DNA of 64,000 nt from Gemmatimonadales bacterium. GTDB taxonomy: Bacteria > Gemmatimonadota > Gemmatimonadetes > Gemmatimonadales > GWC2-71-9. Positions 58,975 to 64,000 of this stretch are shown here, in pieces. The notes under the pieces are model-generated. The model searched no databases. It saw nothing but the letters and a program-made list of their open reading frames with translations, and was not told the DNA's origin. The position numbers and the translations under genes are program-made. The DNA lies in assembly GCA_020633775.1 (NCBI GenBank), contig JACKDA010000003.1, positions 87,211 through 151,210 of the forward strand, given 5' to 3'. Each line of letters starts with the position of its first letter. The stretch's first letter is position 1.

Positions 58975-59869
58975 GGCACACCTCCGCGGGCAGCACGCGC
59001 GACAGGAACGCGGCCACCTGCGCCGGTTCGGTGAGGAAGGCGTCGTGCCCCGTCGGCGAGGAGATCTCCTCGAGGGTGCACGGCCCGCGCGTCCGTCGAT
59101 GCAGCGCCTGGAGCTGCCACCGCGGGACCAGTCGATCCTCCGCGACGCCGAGGAGGGCGAGCGGGACGGTGATGTCGGCAGGGTCGACGGCATGGAGGTC
59201 GATCGACTCGGAGAGCGCGAGGTAGCGCTCGGCCGACCACGACGCGGCGAAGCGCTGGCTGCCGTGATCGAGGTAGCGCTCGACCGGGAACTGCTGCCGC
59301 CCGCGATGCGTGGCGGGGGTCACCTCGAATCGAGTGGCGAACTCCTCGGCGGTGCGGTACGTCGTCAGCGCCAGCGCGCGGGCGAGGGCGACCCCGTCCC
59401 GCGGCGTGCCGGCCGCGAGGCCGAGGCGGACGATCCGCCGCTGGATCACGCGGTGGGCGGTCGCCATCGGGTGCGGCTCGTGCGCCGCGGAGATCACGGC
59501 GAGCCGACCGACCCGCTCGGGGTGGCGCGCGGCGAAGGCGAGCGCGACCATCCCGCCGTACGACGCGCCGACCACCGCCTGTACCCGGTCGATCGCCAGC
59601 TGGTCGAGCAGCGCGGCGAGTCGGTCGGCCTGGTCGGCGGTCGTGATCGTCCCGGTCTCGGGGATGGCCCAGTCGATCCCGAGGATCCGACATCGGGTCG
59701 GGTCGAGGACGCATCCCGGGCCGACGAGGTCGGGCCACCAGCCGCGCGGGCCGCCGACGTGGCGGTGGGCGGAGATGCCACCGAGGACGACGGTGATCGG
59801 CGTCCCGGGGGGACCGACGAGTTCGCACCCGGGGGTGCGCGGGGTCAGGTGAACGGTGGCGGTCGTCAT
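58964..59869 (-). CDS. metX: Homoserine O-acetyltransferase-like alpha/beta hydrolase
   Basis: GGISAHRH...GWW...GPG N-terminal pattern and the GASYGG nucleophile elbow. Shorter (~300 aa) than typical MetX. Second ATG preferred (GAGGG 7 nt upstream); the track start is 59875. Confidence 0.65.
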   Translation of the reverse strand: MTTATVHLTPRTPGCELVGPPGTPITVVLGGISAHRHVGGPRGWWPDLVGPGCVLDPTRCRILGIDWAIPETGTITTADQADRLAALLDQLAIDRVQAVVGASYGGMVALAFAARHPERVGRLAVISAAHEPHPMATAHRVIQRRIVRLGLAAGTPRDGVALARALALTTYRTAEEFATRFEVTPATHRGRQQFPVERYLDHGSQRFAASWSAERYLALSESIDLHAVDPADITVPLALLGVAEDRLVPRWQLQALHRRTRGPCTLEEISSPTGHDAFLTEPAQVAAFLSRVLPAEVCRAA

Positions 59870-60025
59870 CAGCATGCCCTCACAGGGGTGATCGGTCTTC
59901 CCCCGGGCATGACAGAAACGCCCGGCGGCACGAATGGCCGCCAGGCGAGGATCGCACTTTTAGCAGTTGTTTAACGTGGCTGCAAGCAGCGGCAAATGAC
60001 CACGGACTCGATCGATTGTGGCCGG

Positions 60026-60054
60026 AGGATACCGGGCCAGGGCGGCAGGGTCAA
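60026..60054 (-). promoter_or_regulatory. Candidate metX promoter (TTGACC-17 nt-TATCCT on the minus strand), giving a ~150-nt leader
   Basis: Read from the reverse complement; the best sigma-70-like match in the window. Confidence 0.5.
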
Positions 60055-60074
60055 GCTGGCACCCCGAGCGCACT

Positions 60075-60144
60075 GTCACCCTGAGCGAAGCGAAGGGGCG
60101 GTACCATGCGCCTGGCTCCGCCCCTTCGCTTCGCTCAGGGTGAC
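60075..60144. repeat. REPIN-like palindromic element, copy 1 (27-nt arms GTCACCCTGAGCGAAGCGAAGGGGCGG, 16-nt loop)
   Basis: Near-perfect inverted arms. Partial extra right arms follow at ~60150..60185. By loop sequence, it is inverted relative to copies 2 and 3. Confidence 0.85.
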
Positions 60145-60213
60145 ACGGCGGCGCTGCGCTCCGGGTGACACGGGTCAGGGTGACAGGGAGCGACCCCGTT
60201 ATCTTCCCGCCCC

Positions 60214-61893
<1,680 letters not shown>

Positions 61894-61899
61894 ATCGAG

Positions 61900-61927
61900 G
61901 CGTGAGTCGTGAGTCCTGAGAAGTGAG
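61900..61927 (+). repeat. Four TGA codons at a 7-nt period (gcgTGAg tcgTGAg tccTGAg aagTGAg), 12 nt after the ettA stop
   Basis: TGA at 61903, 61910, 61917 and 61924, counted in the sequence. Confidence 0.85.
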
Positions 61928-61938
61928 GGGGGAGCGGT

Positions 61939-62008
61939 GTCACCCTGAGCGCAGCGAAGGGGCGGAGCCAGTCGGACGGTTCCGCCCCTTCGCTGCGCTC
62001 AGGGTGAC
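61939..62008. repeat. REPIN-like palindromic element, copy 2
   Basis: GTCACCCTGAGCGCAGCGAAGGGGCGG - agccagtcggacggtt - CCGCCCCTTCGCTGCGCTCAGGGTGAC. Confidence 0.85.
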
Positions 62009-62022
62009 AGTGCGGCGGGAGC

Positions 62023-62244
62023 CTACCCCGCCACCTCGACCACCTTCGCGTAGCTCCGGGAGGTCGGCAGCGGCTCCCCCGCGTCCCTGAGTCCCTCCAT
62101 ATGGAACCGCGCGGCCGACGCCATCTCGGCCTCGGCGTCGTCTCGGGTCCTGCCGGTCGCAACGCACCCCGGCAAGTCGGGCGACCAGGCGGACCAGCCG
62201 GTCGACGTTTCCTCCACGATCATCAACAGCTTCATCGCCGCCAT
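62023..62244 (-). CDS. hicB: HicB-family antitoxin (short form, no obvious DNA-binding domain)
   Basis: WSAWSPDLPGCVATGRTRDDAEAEM...HMEGLRDAGEPLP matches the HicB N-terminal fold. 70-73 aa. Confidence 0.8.
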   Translation of the reverse strand: MAAMKLLMIVEETSTGWSAWSPDLPGCVATGRTRDDAEAEMASAARFHMEGLRDAGEPLPTSRSYAKVVEVAG

Positions 62245-62420
62245 CCTGCCTGCCGGAAGATGCTCTTCAGTGTTCCCGGGGCGAGGTCATCGCCCAGGCG
62301 GCCTGCCACGGTGACCACGCCCGGCTTGCGTGGGTGCCGGAATTGTCGGTGACTCCCCCGGGTCCTTGCAAGGTACCAGCCGTCGGTGCGCAGGAGCTTG
62401 AGGAGAGCCCGAACCGTCAT
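62232..62420 (-). CDS. hicA: HicA mRNA-interferase toxin
   Basis: 62 aa. LLRTDGWYLARTRGSHRQFRHP is typical HicA. Overlaps hicB by 13 nt. Confidence 0.85.
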   Translation of the reverse strand: MTVRALLKLLRTDGWYLARTRGSHRQFRHPRKPGVVTVAGRLGDDLAPGTLKSIFRQAGWRR

Positions 62421-62507
62421 CTCCCCAGCGTGTCAGACCAAGCCCCTTCTCGGAGTCACCGTATGCCGCGTATGGGCGCCAGCTCGCGCGGAAAACCAGA
62501 GAGAGCT

Positions 62508-62581
62508 GTCACCCCGAGCCGCAGGCGAGGGGGCGGAGCCAGTCGGACGGTTCCGCCCCTCCGCCTTCGGCTCAGGGTGGC
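62508..62581. repeat. REPIN-like palindromic element, copy 3 (diverged arms; loop identical to copy 2)
   Basis: GTCACCCCGAGCCGCAGGCGAGGGGGCGG - agccagtcggacggtt - CCGCCCCTCCGCCTTCGGCTCAGGGTGGC. Confidence 0.8.
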
Positions 62582-62597
62582 ACGGCTCGCATCCCGT

Positions 62598-63161
62598 TCA
62601 CCCTACCGGCCAGAGCCAGCCGAACGTCACCGCCGTGATCACGGCGTAGATCACCCCATCGACGCTGTCCTTGAACGCCGAGGACGCCTTGCGCCCGTAC
62701 CAGATCACGGCGGGCCAGGTCGCGAGGCCGTAGATCACGAAGGCGATCGCCGCCGTGAAGTGCCAGACGTAGCGCGTTTCCGCCCCCGGCGGCACCGCCG
62801 CACCGGCGATCCAGCCGACGAAGGTGCTCGCCACGAGGAGGAACGCCATCCAGCTGAGGAACATCGGCCCCATCCGGATCGGCCCGGTGGGGCGCACGGT
62901 CATCAGCAGGACCGGCCCTTCCTCGAGCTTCGCGGCGTACTCGGGCGACTTCATGTCGGCGGAGGTGAGGCAGTGCGGCGCGACGTAGTCGCCGGGCGGG
63001 ATCTGCATCGGCGCCACCGCCCGGCGGAACGCCTCCTCATCGGGGAGCCGGGCGAAGTCGCTCTTGTGCCACGGCATCACCATGTGGATGATCGCGCTGG
63101 CGAAGAAGAGGAAGACGGCGGAGAGGACGATCGGCAACCACAGCGTGGCCAGCGGGGTCAT
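62598..63161 (-). CDS. Membrane protein of unknown function (4 TM helices)
   Basis: Hydrophobic helices. Start at MTPLATLWLPIV with GGAG 7 nt upstream (track start 63197). Confidence 0.5.
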   Translation of the reverse strand: MTPLATLWLPIVLSAVFLFFASAIIHMVMPWHKSDFARLPDEEAFRRAVAPMQIPPGDYVAPHCLTSADMKSPEYAAKLEEGPVLLMTVRPTGPIRMGPMFLSWMAFLLVASTFVGWIAGAAVPPGAETRYVWHFTAAIAFVIYGLATWPAVIWYGRKASSAFKDSVDGVIYAVITAVTFGWLWPVG

Positions 63162-63238
63162 CGGGACGCTCCATGTGGGTGGGAGAAAGCTCGACAACGC
63201 TAAGGCCAGTGCGGGCTCCGGGCCAGCCCGATGGCGCC

Positions 63239-63961
63239 CTATCGGAGTCGGTACCGGGCGACGCTCTCGATGCCGTCCTCATCCCGTGTGGTCGCCCAGA
63301 ACCGGGTGGCGTCCGCGGCCTCGATCGTACTCGATGCCGGAACCGTGACCGTCCCAACGGATCGGCCACGCTGATCGAGAATCAGATAGTCAACGCTGTC
63401 GCGGCCCGGGCCGAGACGGATCCAGGTCCGGTCGTCCTGGCCGATGAAGACGTCCGTGAAGGGCGGGTAGAACGTTCTGAACGTGGCGTCACGCCAGTAC
63501 CGAATCCTGTCGGCCGGCAGCCCCGGTGCCGTGCCGATCGTGCGCATGCTGTCGATCACGCGATCAGGGACCGCAATCGTGGTGTATCGCAGGTGGCTCT
63601 CGAAGCGAAGGCGACCGTCCCGTCCGAAGGCACGCACGGCAAACGTGCCTTGAGCGGATCCGTCAGGCTCCACGCTGACGATCACCAGCAGGCGGCCATC
63701 AGGTCCGGCCGCCACTCTCGGCACAGGACAATTCGTCTGTTGGGCGGGATCGGTCCCGCACGTCTCCGTGGCCGTTGGCCACCCTGCGACCACGGTGCCA
63801 CGACGACCGTCGGTCACCCACACGGATCCCGTCCGGTGCCCCTGCAGGTCCTCCCACCCCCGCAGGGACATCATCGCACGTGGCACGGTGAGCAGGAGGA
63901 GGAGACCACCATCCGGTCCAAGTGCGAGTGGCTGACTCGCAGCTATTCCTGGCTGAGTCAC
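63239..63961 (-). CDS. Hypothetical protein (possibly beta-propeller-like); the N-terminus may lie nearer the window edge
   Basis: 240-aa ORF with non-shadow composition (Asp/Thr/Val-rich, repeated 'DGR..V' strand-like segments). No family recognised. Confidence 0.4.
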   Translation of the reverse strand: MTQPGIAASQPLALGPDGGLLLLLTVPRAMMSLRGWEDLQGHRTGSVWVTDGRRGTVVAGWPTATETCGTDPAQQTNCPVPRVAAGPDGRLLVIVSVEPDGSAQGTFAVRAFGRDGRLRFESHLRYTTIAVPDRVIDSMRTIGTAPGLPADRIRYWRDATFRTFYPPFTDVFIGQDDRTWIRLGPGRDSVDYLILDQRGRSVGTVTVPASSTIEAADATRFWATTRDEDGIESVARYRLR

Positions 63962-64000
63962 ACCATCCGGACTGGAGAGAGCGATGGGGGCCTGGGTTGT

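Noticed and set aside
59957-59990. TTGCAG-17-TAAAAG as the metX promoter.
   Set aside because: The -10 lacks the terminal T. A much better TTGACC-17-TATCCT lies 70 nt further upstream, so the AT-rich tract is more likely part of the transcribed leader.
60163-60205. The repeat-arm GTGACA acting as a -35 for the ettA TATCTT box.
   Set aside because: The spacer is only 14-15 nt, outside the usual 16-18 nt range. This is noted only as a possibility that the repeat insertion remodelled the promoter.

Overview
This is a high-GC (roughly 70%), gene-dense bacterial chromosomal segment. I support about 55 protein-coding genes and recognised no rRNA, tRNA or CRISPR array by eye. Most long ORFs on the track are Arg/Pro/Gly-rich antisense or off-frame shadows of real genes. 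Several track ORFs are composites, and there I chose an internal start. Small-motif coordinates were counted by hand, so expect +/-1-2 nt. Gene order, left to right: (1) ndh, a formate/nitrite-family channel, an outer-membrane (OM) barrel and a di-haem cytochrome c peroxidase. (2) A complete membrane-bound uptake [NiFe]-hydrogenase locus, hyaABCD-hypABFCDE, translationally coupled throughout. (3) A TPR Ser/Thr kinase, queC-queE, an HD-like protein and a tandem pseudokinase-kinase. (4) cspA, infA, pepF, and a small-membrane-protein/PIG-L/MFS operon. (5) A DUF971 gene, acnA, a sigma-70 gene, pntAA-pntAB-pntB and thrABC. (6) A six-gene, translationally coupled exopolysaccharide-type locus at 40.7-49.0 kb. 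It holds a PEP-CTERM/DUF4114 protein, a BcsB-like protein, a processive GT2 synthase with an N-terminal tandem MshEN c-di-GMP-receptor motif, two paralogous polytopic membrane proteins and an OM barrel. It abuts a convergent GH3/PA14 glycosidase. (7) DPP-IV, a peroxiredoxin, a sugar dehydrogenase and a DUF885 gene. (8) A REP-associated tyrosine transposase (RAYT) gene with an inverted hairpin doublet, metX and a cystathionine-gamma-synthase-family gene behind a long leader, ettA, and a hicAB toxin-antitoxin pair bracketed by REPIN-like palindromic elements. The best candidate for an undescribed system is the MshEN-GT2/BcsB-like locus. Other observations worth a second look: a HypA lacking its zinc-finger module; TANNNT boxes 6-8 nt before start codons, which implies leaderless mRNAs; and 7-nt-periodic TGAG arrays directly after three housekeeping genes. 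Assignment to a Gemmatimonadota/Acidobacteriota-like lineage is only a weak impression.
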